Shown in pieces: positions 13,801 through 21,360 of a stretch of 64,000 bases of DNA. The stretch is from the NCBI GenBank assembly GCA_000002445.1, contig CP000071.1:512001-576000 (forward strand). Direction: 5' to 3'. The position numbers and the translations under genes were made by a program. This DNA is from Trypanosoma brucei. Its lineage: Eukaryota. The notes beneath the pieces are model-generated. The model did not search any database. It was not told the DNA's origin and was given only the letters and a program-made list of their open reading frames with translations. Position 1 is the stretch's first letter. Each line of letters opens with the position of its first letter.

Positions 13801-16800
13801 GGAGGAACAACCGTGGTTTAATGTGATTCGGCCGCACTTCTTGTTGGAGCTTCCAGAGACGCTACGTCGGGAGTTGTTATTCGACCACATGAATGTGCTG
13901 CTCGGTAGTGAAACACGGGAATTGGAGGGACATCAGACACGGATCTTTGCCGCGTTCTTCACACAATTACCGGCTGATGTGCAACGGGAGGCGGCTGAGG
14001 TGGAGCAGCGGTGGCGGCAAGTTACCGGTGACGTGCCTAGCAGTGCTGGGAATGAAACCCCAAGCCGGAGTGTGCTGTTAGATTTACTGGCCACTGTCGA
14101 TACGGAGTTGCGCCAGGAGATATTGGCAACATGTGACCTCGGAGATCTTGAGGAATACCCTGAGCTCCTCCGAGAGGCCAACAGGGCCCGCCAATCTCGA
14201 GCTGTGGAGGCTGTGAGTGAAGGGGACGCCTCGGTACCACGTCAGCTACGGCGACGCGAGGGAGCGTTAACAGTGATTCGAGGGCGGCGCCCTGCGGATG
14301 CAGAAGGGGCTAATGCCGCTGTCTCAGTATTTGGGACTGATGCTCTGTCCACACTCACATTACCCCGCATACCCCCCGTTTTGCGTCGCATTCGGGGACT
14401 GGGTCCAGTGGCGTACCATCAACACCGTGACAATTCACTTTCCTGGTTCACCAGTAACATGAGTGGAAACCATCACCCCAGGAATTTGGGCCGCAGGCAA
14501 AACAGCCGTATTCGTGACGAGAGCAGTGATGATGATAACGTCAACAGGCGAGGGTACTCGTCACGAGGTTTCGCCTTCATTACGGAGGCGCATCTTGTGT
14601 CGTGTATCCGTGCACAACAAAGCCGTGTTGTGCGTGACGAGAGAGTGACCCCGCCACCGAACCGACAGAATGGTGCAGCGGGTGTGGAGAATGCCGTCCC
14701 CGCGATACCCAGTGCAATTCTGAAACAGCTTGTAGAACTCATATGGCTCAGCAAAGCTTCCTATTCGCCACTCGACCGTCCAACTTCATCGTCAACCGAC
14801 CTCTATGTTGGCTCCCAATTGGTGCAACTGCTAGTGACTGCTTGTAGAAAACCGGAGACAGCGGCGGAGGCGATGCTTTTTCTTGTGGACACAGTTCTAG
14901 AAAGAATACCTTCAACGTCGTATTCGCTATCGCATGAATCCGTTGGTTCGGAATCATCCCAAACTGGCCCTCATGGTGTCACCGACTCGGGCCGCAACGC
15001 ACTGCCTACAGCTTCGCTAGTTACTTCCACCAGTGGGGTTGGTCGTGCTGTTGGTGCTTCTGTGGATGTAATCCGTGACTGTGGTCGTGTCGCACTGCGG
15101 ACATTGCTTGTGATTGGTCAGTTGATTGAGCGCTGCCGTGCTGCTGGTCTGAGCGTTACAACCCTCCCCGATTCTGTGTACATGAAGGTTACTCAAAGTT
15201 CGGCTGAGTCACCAATTACTGCGCAAGAAGAGACCACTGGTTCTCGCTTATTTAAGAAGCTTGTTGAGCTCGTGCTCCGTGTTCCTCTGCCCCGTGTGGA
15301 GGCTGCATTCACACGTGTATTGTGTCGGCTTAACCAGCAGCTCCAACGATTGGAAGAGATCGCACCCGTGTCGCGACGTGCTCCGCGTGATGTGGACCTC
15401 GAGTCTCAGGGTGACAACGTAATTTTCCATTTACGTCACCCACATCCTCTGCGGTGGCAGAATTTGCACCGCTACCCCTATGTTGATAGTGGCTACATTT
15501 GCAACAGGTGCAACACAACATTCCACACCGAAACTGTTGCTTTCCACTGCGAGATGTGCCGATTTGATATTTGCCCAGCCTGCAGTTTCGTGTCGTTGAC
15601 GGTAGAAGAAGAGAGGGTACGAGGGCGGCATTGGGGCTATTCTCTTGTGTCGTCGAAGGGGACAATGGAGGCCGCGTTGCAGCTGCTGCGTCACCCGAAC
15701 TGTACAGATGATATGGCGCAGGAGGTGATGGAGTTCTTTCGCCGTGGTATCAAGGAAAGTGCACACCGTGACAAGGGCGTCGCTGCAGCCAACACTAGCG
15801 CCGCCATCGCGATGGTTGAGCGCGTCATCATTGACCTTGCAAATAGTATTACGGTGGAAATACATGAGTGCGTTAACGCATTACGGGCTGCTTTTCCACA
15901 CAAGGTATTCCAGTCGTTTTTCTTAAGTGCTACTTCTAATGAGGATGGGAACAGTGGTGGAACGGAGAGTCAACAATGGACAGCTCAGGAGGCAAGTGTC
16001 GCGTTGTCCTACATGTGTCTAAACTCAACCTCGAATAAGTTACTCGCTTTATTCCACCCATACGCCGAGTCCCACCGTCCAGAGCCACGTGAAGTATCAT
16101 TGATGTGGCATGCCGTGCAAATGTACTTGGCGGAAGTAGCCTTCATCCTTCAACACATACAAAACCGTTCCTCTGTTCTGCTGCCCCAGGCTGTGCTTCT
16201 TCTGCTCAGCACCTTCTGTCAGTTTCACATGGCGGAGCCCCGTAGGGATTCGTCTGCGAGTACCGCCTCAGAGAGTGTGAGTAGTTTGAGTTTGGAGAAA
16301 ACCGACACAGAACGCTTCATGTTGGATTCAACACATGCCTCGTCGACAGTTTCGGATGCCGCGGACGCTGCAGCAAAGTTGGCCAATAGCGAGCAGCGGC
16401 AACACCGGGATCCTCCCCCTCACGAAGGCCCAGATGTTGGAAGTACCGACAGCGACGGTTCGGGTGATGAGCGCCCAATGATGCCTCGCGTCGTAAGGCA
16501 GTTTGTAGAGCGCAACAAGTTAACTATCAATGCGCTCATCCAATATGACCCAAAGGTTCTTGAAGGAGGCTTCAAGTTTCTTAGGTCGGAGCCTGGGTTT
16601 GTTGACTTCAATATACGTTTGAATGACTTTCATCGCCAGATCAGCTACGCTTCACAGGGCCCTCGAATTAGTCTGAGCATCAACCGTGGCCAGTGCCTCC
16701 GTGATAGTTTCGCGCAACTTTCCAAATTGAATAATTTCCATGGATCAATCAGTGTTCGCTTCAGTGGAGAGGAGGGGGCTGACGCGGGTGGTCTCACGCG

Positions 16801-17731
16801 GGAGTGGTTCCAATTGATCGCGGAGGAGATGGTAAATGATAACTACGCCCTCTTTATTCATTCACGCGAGGGGATGACTTACCAGCCGAATCCCCTCTCC
16901 GGTGTGAATCCTCTTCACCTGCAGTACTTCCGTTTCGCTGGAATTGTCGTTGGTATGGCTGTGGCGCACCGCGTGGCCATTGATGTCCATTTTACACGGG
17001 CTGTATACCGCCACATGATTGGCATACAACCCACATTCGGTGACCTCAAGAGCGTGGATCCCGAGCTGTACGAAAATCTCAAGTGGCTGTTGGTGAATGA
17101 TGTCAGTGATCTTGGTCTCTTCTTCACCGTGAGTTGCGAAAAGTTCGGTGTGACTGAGGAGGTTGAACTTATTCCCAACGGCTCGCAGGTGGCGGTGACA
17201 AATGCAAACAAATCACAGTATGTTCGCCTACGTTGCGAGTTCTGCATGACACGACAGATTGAAGAGCAGTTGCAGGAGTTTCTCAAAGGATTCTATGCTG
17301 TCATTCCCCGGAAGGAGATTCGAAACTTTTCAGCGCAGGAACTGGAGCTTGTGATTTGCGGCATGCCAGATATCGATGTTGAGGACCTTCGTCTCAACAC
17401 CACATATGATGGCTACACCTCCACATCGCTGCAGATCCGCTGGTTCTGGGAAGTGGTAGCGGCGATGAGCAAAGAAGACCGGGCAAATCTCCTGCAGTTT
17501 GCGACGGGCGCCTCGAGGGTGCCACACGGCGGCTTCAGCAATTTGGAGTCATCGAATGGTTCGCCTCAGCGCTTTACCGTCTCCCGGTGGGCGGACAGTG
17601 CGGAACTGCTTCCACAGGCCCACACGTGTTTCAACAAAATTGCGCTACCGGAGTACAGCAGTTGTGAGGAACTACGCAAAAAGTTAATGGTTGCCATCAC
17701 ACTTGGGAGTCGGGGCTTCACCATGACGTAG
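4817..17731 (+). CDS. Giant HECT-domain E3 ubiquitin-protein ligase (HUWE1/UPL-like), 4304 aa.
   Basis: Single 12.9-kb ORF with ATG verified at 4817. C-terminal ~380 aa is a canonical HECT domain (LTREWFQL...; catalytic Cys in HTCFNKIALPEY near the C-terminus; ends ...AITLGSRGFTMT). N-terminal region is long and helical/ARM-like. Contains an internal acidic poly-Asp tract and a Cys-rich finger. A later in-frame Met as true start cannot be excluded. Confidence 0.9.
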   Translation: MLAVRGRAGSFRNQGGMTFQGNEYHVTQQLQLLPPVLQRYVGRLHECLVDCRLTPQVFHEILNDEEFFRDVRGSYNKRFGDIIKTVAGEWWSTCMKDILQRVSSAADGVDNAPAASCSAVRAANEETTEGTSSLDQVLPGKCDDEASSIEVCRDLRAVLLLAVVVCSPYCVIRGPDTPVITCTARVMLCRDPSIIYLGLLINLAQSNQAERSLDSAMVLRTLAHGWGSSPTFEDVVKCCLRARRRRQRRLAAPNEEEQVNAISTEEDDAEEAADIALLQLPGLVRDPLQIVPDRSAAQSSGGGGKCMSDSLHIGRCVLQSMASAAGNPERLLWWCRCRLLCMQLLSPADCEELLAGPSCDFFRSLWKVERMFGDILDLAEHDDDGEESDACYGGISSTSGVGSAPTVAALVGIVADIVRGWHRAENSGGAMGSIVLNYTSRNPFETVNRVVPGHRKFQQRSHRCLARDWQYGLLVQYHSTHLAVFPHPNSSYATMLPVMVAQLTDVLRHYPHYSPIQLMYSLALTRENTNTSVALNSGLVPAIVTVMRTYMDEKQEYGENASADNGTEGIRYGWSYKAAGVLHWCFTVLEQLATLSTHESVNPIVFLLSPAEEDGYELCHHICKKIFYPGGHPVLLVAAFRFFSACIHHNVRDVVPALQQRGVLDTLLKIGESTDILERYNCPRGEANSEEGVAVQQAGEGQPPLATSVKGNKVAPITLAEYSAYYEQAVPIVCICSMLQAFAVHNSTHASLVNRMIMRRFVWSLTVPYFPEVSSPLSVPSSPSTLAVLCVERVEPQRVFTRLAAAAGVDLLVLIRTLPPLQDYFFESVEETLKSLIEEAKQKGPPLRDVGLSMWNILACFSDLEYKQLAQRGSGRRGRSQRADQASEAADALLDKFKNCGKVVAGSLGTLLKLSSTVPFASPVSLLSNGNVLTSNLFDVQCMMFESLTREVIQFASDIVKDALQGGNNGVLTEEQAGALWSLFFLFFRKTSHGSSSANGTNHFRRDLANVIFDAFIALEMATGTQRTQEESAGSAVPALTPVAASPTVGDQVIGLMDAHSMWSSDFELSALANNLLSSALSMALPPSDRSPANTPLNFFAAVVDGANAGNDAFGVRHVDTTSADAERGNTETGPNAVSGSSSAVERFRNDVSRLLTSSQTRHRHSLPTFHTHYHGSGVPLNPHTSGSGHIMLVAPSYILGGVRELLQKVAKSVTAAARVRKEEEDIKEEGDTSEAGCPPQKMQWEQMHHFAALEAVDLAPLREAEMRLQAAEAALSVGWKYISGNSGLVAFLHNIIGNLWRITECLLPVQNSQLLTGPLSSTSSALVNNPCNFCGVGGVAERGSAVATSDTTANSGATAGPPLDAEKLKTVVGYLTGILEALLKLPPDRGLQRFPWQPRLLYFALITWRSRGLELSPAMILGALAHLVDLGSEVFKRGATVISPSISACESEVDVEAVGDDRSPLTLGSPPRPDSHHPNRSEEDSMVRIRVAGDFADLFGEVLPSVSLRSERLVQLSLRNRTSRSDTPVAPRTPEVSATGFPRDTEEWRGFGPVSLAEYAPCWVLEVAATMHANDKSVGKMWVLIRRLCSKLCWIYHTYSSPVSANSGAGDDDQPKKGILLIERIIRLVLEDPVRNYTLLEFLAVVLSQDETTAQREALVTRTQLPYAILDCIVKEVRRIENEQNEDASKRKEKWSLRNSMLGQLFCFLSSCSVGALTEKGTGACPHYRGNSTSFCWMGHLCPHPHVGDKSGSHMRRGSARSSKVTRQIAKVLEEFGYKGDVSPQAPPSELETVTSDAVTGATSRRATGRNMRGTEAPGQNPAENARNDGDETATHQDDAVSGVSSVTKKCVDVKLKLSSVVGGTSSLPKSMLSECAVLVLDYLADDDETNEAEKWESLNTEDTRSDTLCTPRHVARRAAKVSGETNVLETPIICIAVALLAQLLDAGDTTLLSHIYKLNETSKKGFVMRAVSRLLREDMIPTSVCVHVLKALVDQSDHTEWVVYSAMVSAVQNCIRAGVTVLLKETDVRDMYASSVLGAGRKAIAPRVGGDVYRHSVPMDEFVTCLRTVVDKHPKAFCTVFNSACIVHIVSAEGNPKGDTRSAVLLAPRKPPRIHAMGSAPSPQRTTVEYVLDTLLRRLAQKQLPPSFVAAVLNNITTLPAVASIVTTYCVNVPVPESMRGAFLDQKAEEDEPTLNQKQEFGDSFLLHEATPRPLTPFLAVLLFMDERQLECLEPFLSNVAQKAPSRMAHILLQALDVTLTALSSENSGGNCLVTRNEEMELVHRASSRPSPRTMACSLLHALRLLLVVTSSSLVWRLCEELWQRGALDLLYRMVEQKCYSTEKDAATLILVIRRLLLAHSKCAGRSNGKVSPAAGHGVTAGSSVSRGTMTGLQGAELSDAHLGLMRHRQRRQQQQSGAEEDEEDSQTPPPDTGREEGRTLGEAGMSPLPTGMQQPHRQQFLQSGSVDDSFYLNALVNGNDSRREASDSNNRRRRSLEEGTFSGFLLGLGELLRPTQDIVSFESRNISDSTHDEDESDVTGDGDIGGVSPGQQAIHLVVGRIGGGFTPRGSGDGDDNSGHNEGGEGNIARGARSESGFDMSGVDDDDMGGNDDGGPHSDGGDDDDVEGADFDLNDTDDDDDDDDDDDDDDDDDDDDDDDDDDDDEELLNFDSEYYDDEMERGSVSFSLHNRYPPGGLLGGTGPQIPFDSFTVGNEPRMDGRPASIEAWDFSSVRRDQRIRLEDLHPHGEGWSLPSAVPDPADFWSVFAHGRLEGADHMFHTLYGSSRHSSTSRLVNICSIVNMEVREQWESAQALHPVRQVLRETSEAPPDPEVTPPAPEAAGEPRNGDETAAWNAGGDDITLIGGNGDTQPLLYEPGHGEGQLQQQVNDRTGTDIATMAEANVAHVPGETATQGFSNSESSGATRILASPGSATDDVGAGLALLDFGGQSVAPQADPAETHIASDAGVTSSVVASAGSALTAPPTAIAEPPMEEQPWFNVIRPHFLLELPETLRRELLFDHMNVLLGSETRELEGHQTRIFAAFFTQLPADVQREAAEVEQRWRQVTGDVPSSAGNETPSRSVLLDLLATVDTELRQEILATCDLGDLEEYPELLREANRARQSRAVEAVSEGDASVPRQLRRREGALTVIRGRRPADAEGANAAVSVFGTDALSTLTLPRIPPVLRRIRGLGPVAYHQHRDNSLSWFTSNMSGNHHPRNLGRRQNSRIRDESSDDDNVNRRGYSSRGFAFITEAHLVSCIRAQQSRVVRDERVTPPPNRQNGAAGVENAVPAIPSAILKQLVELIWLSKASYSPLDRPTSSSTDLYVGSQLVQLLVTACRKPETAAEAMLFLVDTVLERIPSTSYSLSHESVGSESSQTGPHGVTDSGRNALPTASLVTSTSGVGRAVGASVDVIRDCGRVALRTLLVIGQLIERCRAAGLSVTTLPDSVYMKVTQSSAESPITAQEETTGSRLFKKLVELVLRVPLPRVEAAFTRVLCRLNQQLQRLEEIAPVSRRAPRDVDLESQGDNVIFHLRHPHPLRWQNLHRYPYVDSGYICNRCNTTFHTETVAFHCEMCRFDICPACSFVSLTVEEERVRGRHWGYSLVSSKGTMEAALQLLRHPNCTDDMAQEVMEFFRRGIKESAHRDKGVAAANTSAAIAMVERVIIDLANSITVEIHECVNALRAAFPHKVFQSFFLSATSNEDGNSGGTESQQWTAQEASVALSYMCLNSTSNKLLALFHPYAESHRPEPREVSLMWHAVQMYLAEVAFILQHIQNRSSVLLPQAVLLLLSTFCQFHMAEPRRDSSASTASESVSSLSLEKTDTERFMLDSTHASSTVSDAADAAAKLANSEQRQHRDPPPHEGPDVGSTDSDGSGDERPMMPRVVRQFVERNKLTINALIQYDPKVLEGGFKFLRSEPGFVDFNIRLNDFHRQISYASQGPRISLSINRGQCLRDSFAQLSKLNNFHGSISVRFSGEEGADAGGLTREWFQLIAEEMVNDNYALFIHSREGMTYQPNPLSGVNPLHLQYFRFAGIVVGMAVAHRVAIDVHFTRAVYRHMIGIQPTFGDLKSVDPELYENLKWLLVNDVSDLGLFFTVSCEKFGVTEEVELIPNGSQVAVTNANKSQYVRLRCEFCMTRQIEEQLQEFLKGFYAVIPRKEIRNFSAQELELVICGMPDIDVEDLRLNTTYDGYTSTSLQIRWFWEVVAAMSKEDRANLLQFATGASRVPHGGFSNLESSNGSPQRFTVSRWADSAELLPQAHTCFNKIALPEYSSCEELRKKLMVAITLGSRGFTMT
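12731..12816 (+). repeat. Pure (GAT/GAC)n trinucleotide run encoding ~29 consecutive Asp residues inside the HECT ligase.
   Basis: Seen directly: gatgacgacgacgatgatgatgat... Translated as D x ~29 in the ORF track, flanked by further D/E/G-rich low-complexity sequence (12.4-12.85 kb). Confidence 0.9.
15478..15600 (+). other. Cys-rich zinc-finger-like motif (ZZ/B-box-like: C-x2-C...H-C-x2-C...C-x2-C) inside the HECT ligase.
   Basis: Protein segment YICNRCNTTFHTETVAFHCEMCRFDICPACSF. The spacing is typical of ZZ-type zinc fingers. Assignment from pattern only. Confidence 0.4.
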
Positions 17732-18284
17732 CGTAAGAAAGGGAAGGAAAAAGGAAAAAGAAATTCGTTGATTGTGTAAGAATTGAAGGAAGAAAAGAAA
17801 GAAAGAGCCAAAGTGAGATTAAGCAAAGTGAAGGGAACGACACCGGAAACTCCCTTCACTCCTTTTTTTAAAAAATTGTCTCAAAAGTCAGCGGCTGCAA
17901 GAAGACATACGGAATAATAAACAACACAAGTAAGGGATATATATGATGTGGGTGTGTTGGACTGTGGAAAATAAAGCGTGATTAATTTGACAATGAAAGA
18001 CGTGAGGGAGGAGAGTTTTTTTGTTTTTGTTGTTGTTGAGGGATGGGTGAGCGGAGGAAAGTGTGGCGAGCACACAAAGTAGATGCGTAATATTGGTGTA
18101 TGTCTGTTTTAAATACGCGTTGACAAGTTCAAGAGAAAATGCAATTTTTCTTTTTAAAGTAATCTTAGTGTAAGTAAAGAAATGAGAGTGAGTGTGTCCT
18201 TTGTCTTAGGAATATTTTAATTTTTAAAAGAATTAAAGAGAGAGAGAGATAGAGAAAGAAAGGGCTGCGGCGTATTACAGCCAT

Positions 18285-18300
18285 GTGTGTGTGTGTGTGT
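18285..18300. repeat. (TG)8 microsatellite, adjacent to a (TA)n run at 18536-18558.
   Basis: Seen directly in the intergenic region between the HECT ligase and LysRS. Confidence 0.9.
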
Positions 18301-18535
18301 TATAAAGGAGATGCAAATGAAAGGACCGAGTGGATGTAGTGGTATGGCCGGACGTGTGTGTAAGGAAGAAAAGCAAAAAGCAAAAAAAAAAGATGCTCTT
18401 CCTTTTTTGCTTTGTTTTGTTTTTAAGGAAAAAAATTATGTAAAAAGTATGTCTTTTAACATACACATTTCTCTTGTGCTTCTTTGCATCTTTCATTCTA
18501 CTGCTCTCCCTCAAAAAGAAAGAATAATCCACATC

Positions 18536-18566
<31 letters not shown>

Positions 18567-19196
18567 TTGTATATCGGCCTTTTATCTTTCATTTATTTGC
18601 GGATTGACTGGCCTTAACCCCCCGACCTCGATACCCAATTCTTTCCCTCCTAAATAAATTTGCATTCGAATGCACAAGTAATTACACCTTGAAACGTCTG
18701 TCGGTGTTGCTGCTGTTGGTACACGCAAAAATTATAGTGGAAAATACGCTTGTTTGTGTATTGGACAGTTTCTGTTTCACTTTTTTTTTTTGTTGACTAT
18801 CAAATGCTACTCTTTTTTTCTTCTTTCTTCTTTTTTTTTTCCTCATTCATGCAAGCCACTGCTTCTGCCTCCTCTGTTTCGCCACACGTCCAGCTATTAT
18901 CAGTATCTCATATGTGGCAGGAAAAGAGAGGAGAGGGAAGATTGGATAAGTTAGTTTTTCTAAAAATTCCCTTGGTTGTAGGTTAAGATAAATGTTGCAG
19001 CCGGTTTATTTGTTGGGGAGATGCGTATACGTATGTGTATATGTTTGGCTGCTTGTGCGTTGGAGTGGCTCCCGTGCAGCTCTTCCATTATCTATTCATT
19101 AACACATAGCGGTCATACGGTAGCGATGTGAGTTTTGGAGGAAATTAAACACTTCGGTAGAGGGGGAGTTAGTTTCTGTCATATGTGGATTTGTGT

Positions 19197-19290
19197 ATTT
19201 TTTTTTTTTTTGAGACCTGAAGTTGAGGTTCGTACCTTGCAATTTTACTCATTGGCGCCAACCTCTCTTTTTTTTTTACCCTCACCGTTG
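19197..19290 (+). promoter_or_regulatory. Two long polypyrimidine tracts: candidate trans-splice acceptor region for the lysyl-tRNA synthetase gene.
   Basis: t(15) and cctctcttttttttttaccctcacc, 120-210 nt upstream of the Met at ~19411. They lie inside the ORF-track ORF, which begins at a TTG codon at 19135. Confidence 0.35.
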
Positions 19291-19410
19291 CTACTGATAG
19301 TGGTGGTCTTCTTTACTATTGGCAACGTTGCCATTCACAAACCACGGTTCTACCTTTGTACAGTAGGAAAAGGAAAAAAAAAACAAGAGAATATACGCGC
19401 GCAAGAGACG

Positions 19411-21165
19411 ATGTCGGCTGTGGAGGAGCTCCGAGCTCAAATCGATGCGCTCGCGTCGCAGATCTCTGCGGTTAAAAAGGAACAGGGCGCCTCTAGTGAG
19501 GCGTGCAAATCCCTTGTGGCTAAAATGACTGAACTTCGAAAGCAACTTCCTCAAGAAAAGAAGGAAAAGAAAGCGGAGAAGGCCCCGGAGATCAGTTACT
19601 ACGATACACGTCTCGCAATGGTGAAAGAAATGGGCCCTCTCGGTGCCGCCTACCCTCATAAGTTCCACCGAGACTACACCTTACCCGCCTTCCGAGAGTG
19701 TTTCAAGCCAATGTTGCAGGAAAAGGGTCAACGCCTCGATAAGGTCGTGACGATTGCCGGACGTATCGTCGTGAAGAGAAGCTCGAGCTCCAAACTGCAT
19801 TTTTTGGCTCTTCAGGGTGATGGGGAGGTACTGCAGGTTATATCCATGGCGAGTGACTACGTTAATGATGGTTTTGCGGACATTCACAGCAAGATCAAGC
19901 GTGGCGATATCATTGGTGTGCGAGGTGTGCCATCGTTTTCAAACACGGGGGAGTTCTCCATGAGTGCCTACGAAATCACGCTGCTCTCCACATGTTTTCA
20001 CATGTTGCCAGATGAGCATTACGGGCTGAGCTCAGTCGAACAGCGCTTCCGTCAGCGATACCTCGACCTGATTGTGAATCGAGAAAACGCGAAGACTTTT
20101 ATCCTCCGCTCCAAGATCATAAGCTACATCCGCAGTTTCTTTGACCAGAAGGACTTCCTAGAGGTGGAAACGCCCATGTTGAACCAGATCGCCGGTGGTG
20201 CTGCTGCGCGGCCTTTTATCACACACCACAATGAGCTCAACCAGACAATGTACCTGCGAATTGCACCGGAGTTGTACCTAAAAAAACTTGTTGTTGGTGG
20301 CTTGGATCGTGTATATGAGATCGGCAAACAGTTCCGCAACGAAGGTATCGATCTCACGCATAATCCGGAGTTCACGAGTGTGGAGAGTTATTGGGCGTAC
20401 GCAGACTACAATGATTGGATGGAGACCACTGAGGAGTTACTTTACGGTATGGTCATGCATCTTTACGGATCTCCTATTGTGAAGTACTCCCCGAGGGATT
20501 CAGAGGGCCGTCAGTTACCTGAGGTAACTTTTAACTTCAACAGGCCCTTCAAACGCCTGCACATTGTTCCGAAGTTGGAGGAGATACTAGGACTTAAATT
20601 CCCTGCTGATTTCTATTCCTCTGAGGCAAACAGTTTCTTTCTGGACATTTGCAAGAAGAACCAGGTTGAGTGCAATCCCCCCTTCACAACGACACGCCTA
20701 CTAGATGCGCTTGTCTCCCACTATCTTGAGCCACAGTGCCACGACCCGACATTTCTGTGCGACCACCCGCGTATAATGTCTCCGTTGGCAAAGTGGCACC
20801 GTAAAGACCTTCGGCTCAGCGAGCGCTTCGAGCTGTTTATTAACAAAAAAGAGATCTGCAATTCATATACGGAGTTAAACAGTCCCCTCGTGCAGCGAGA
20901 GGAGTTTGAAAGGCAACTGCGTGACCGCGAGAAGGGTGATGACGAGGCAATGGATATTGATGAGGGTTATGTACAAGCATTGGAATACGCGTTGCCTCCC
21001 ACTGGTGGTTGGGGTTTGGGTATTGATCGACTCGTCATGTATCTCACAAGCCAAAACAACATCAAGGAAGTCCTTCTATTTCCAGCTATGAAACCTGAAG
21101 GGACATCCTCTGCCACATTCCCACCAGGAACAATGTTGAATGGACAAGGGGTGCCACTTCTTTGA
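19411..21165 (+). CDS. KRS: Lysyl-tRNA synthetase, class II (cytosolic type), ~584 aa.
   Basis: Class II aaRS motifs: motif 1 [11 protein letters not shown], motif 2 [19 protein letters not shown], motif 3 [15 protein letters not shown], plus an OB-fold anticodon-binding N-terminus. The ORF-track ORF starts at TTG 19135. First in-frame ATG ([10 protein letters not shown]...) is placed at 19411 by frame arithmetic from the verified stop TGA 21163-21165; +/-1 nt uncertainty. Confidence 0.9.
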   Translation: MSAVEELRAQIDALASQISAVKKEQGASSEACKSLVAKMTELRKQLPQEKKEKKAEKAPEISYYDTRLAMVKEMGPLGAAYPHKFHRDYTLPAFRECFKPMLQEKGQRLDKVVTIAGRIVVKRSSSSKLHFLALQGDGEVLQVISMASDYVNDGFADIHSKIKRGDIIGVRGVPSFSNTGEFSMSAYEITLLSTCFHMLPDEHYGLSSVEQRFRQRYLDLIVNRENAKTFILRSKIISYIRSFFDQKDFLEVETPMLNQIAGGAAARPFITHHNELNQTMYLRIAPELYLKKLVVGGLDRVYEIGKQFRNEGIDLTHNPEFTSVESYWAYADYNDWMETTEELLYGMVMHLYGSPIVKYSPRDSEGRQLPEVTFNFNRPFKRLHIVPKLEEILGLKFPADFYSSEANSFFLDICKKNQVECNPPFTTTRLLDALVSHYLEPQCHDPTFLCDHPRIMSPLAKWHRKDLRLSERFELFINKKEICNSYTELNSPLVQREEFERQLRDREKGDDEAMDIDEGYVQALEYALPPTGGWGLGIDRLVMYLTSQNNIKEVLLFPAMKPEGTSSATFPPGTMLNGQGVPLL

Positions 21166-21360
21166 AGGGTCTCAGGCACTACACGCGAGACAAATAGGCA
21201 GCTGAGCAACATGCAAAGGAAAAAAAAAGGTAAGACAGAACGGAGGATCACAAATGAAAAAGCATTAATCCCTACGAAAAACAACACAGCATGATTTAAA
21301 AAAAAAACAGAATTCGGATGGCGTAATAAATTACACATTTCAGGAGCAGTGTTAACATAA

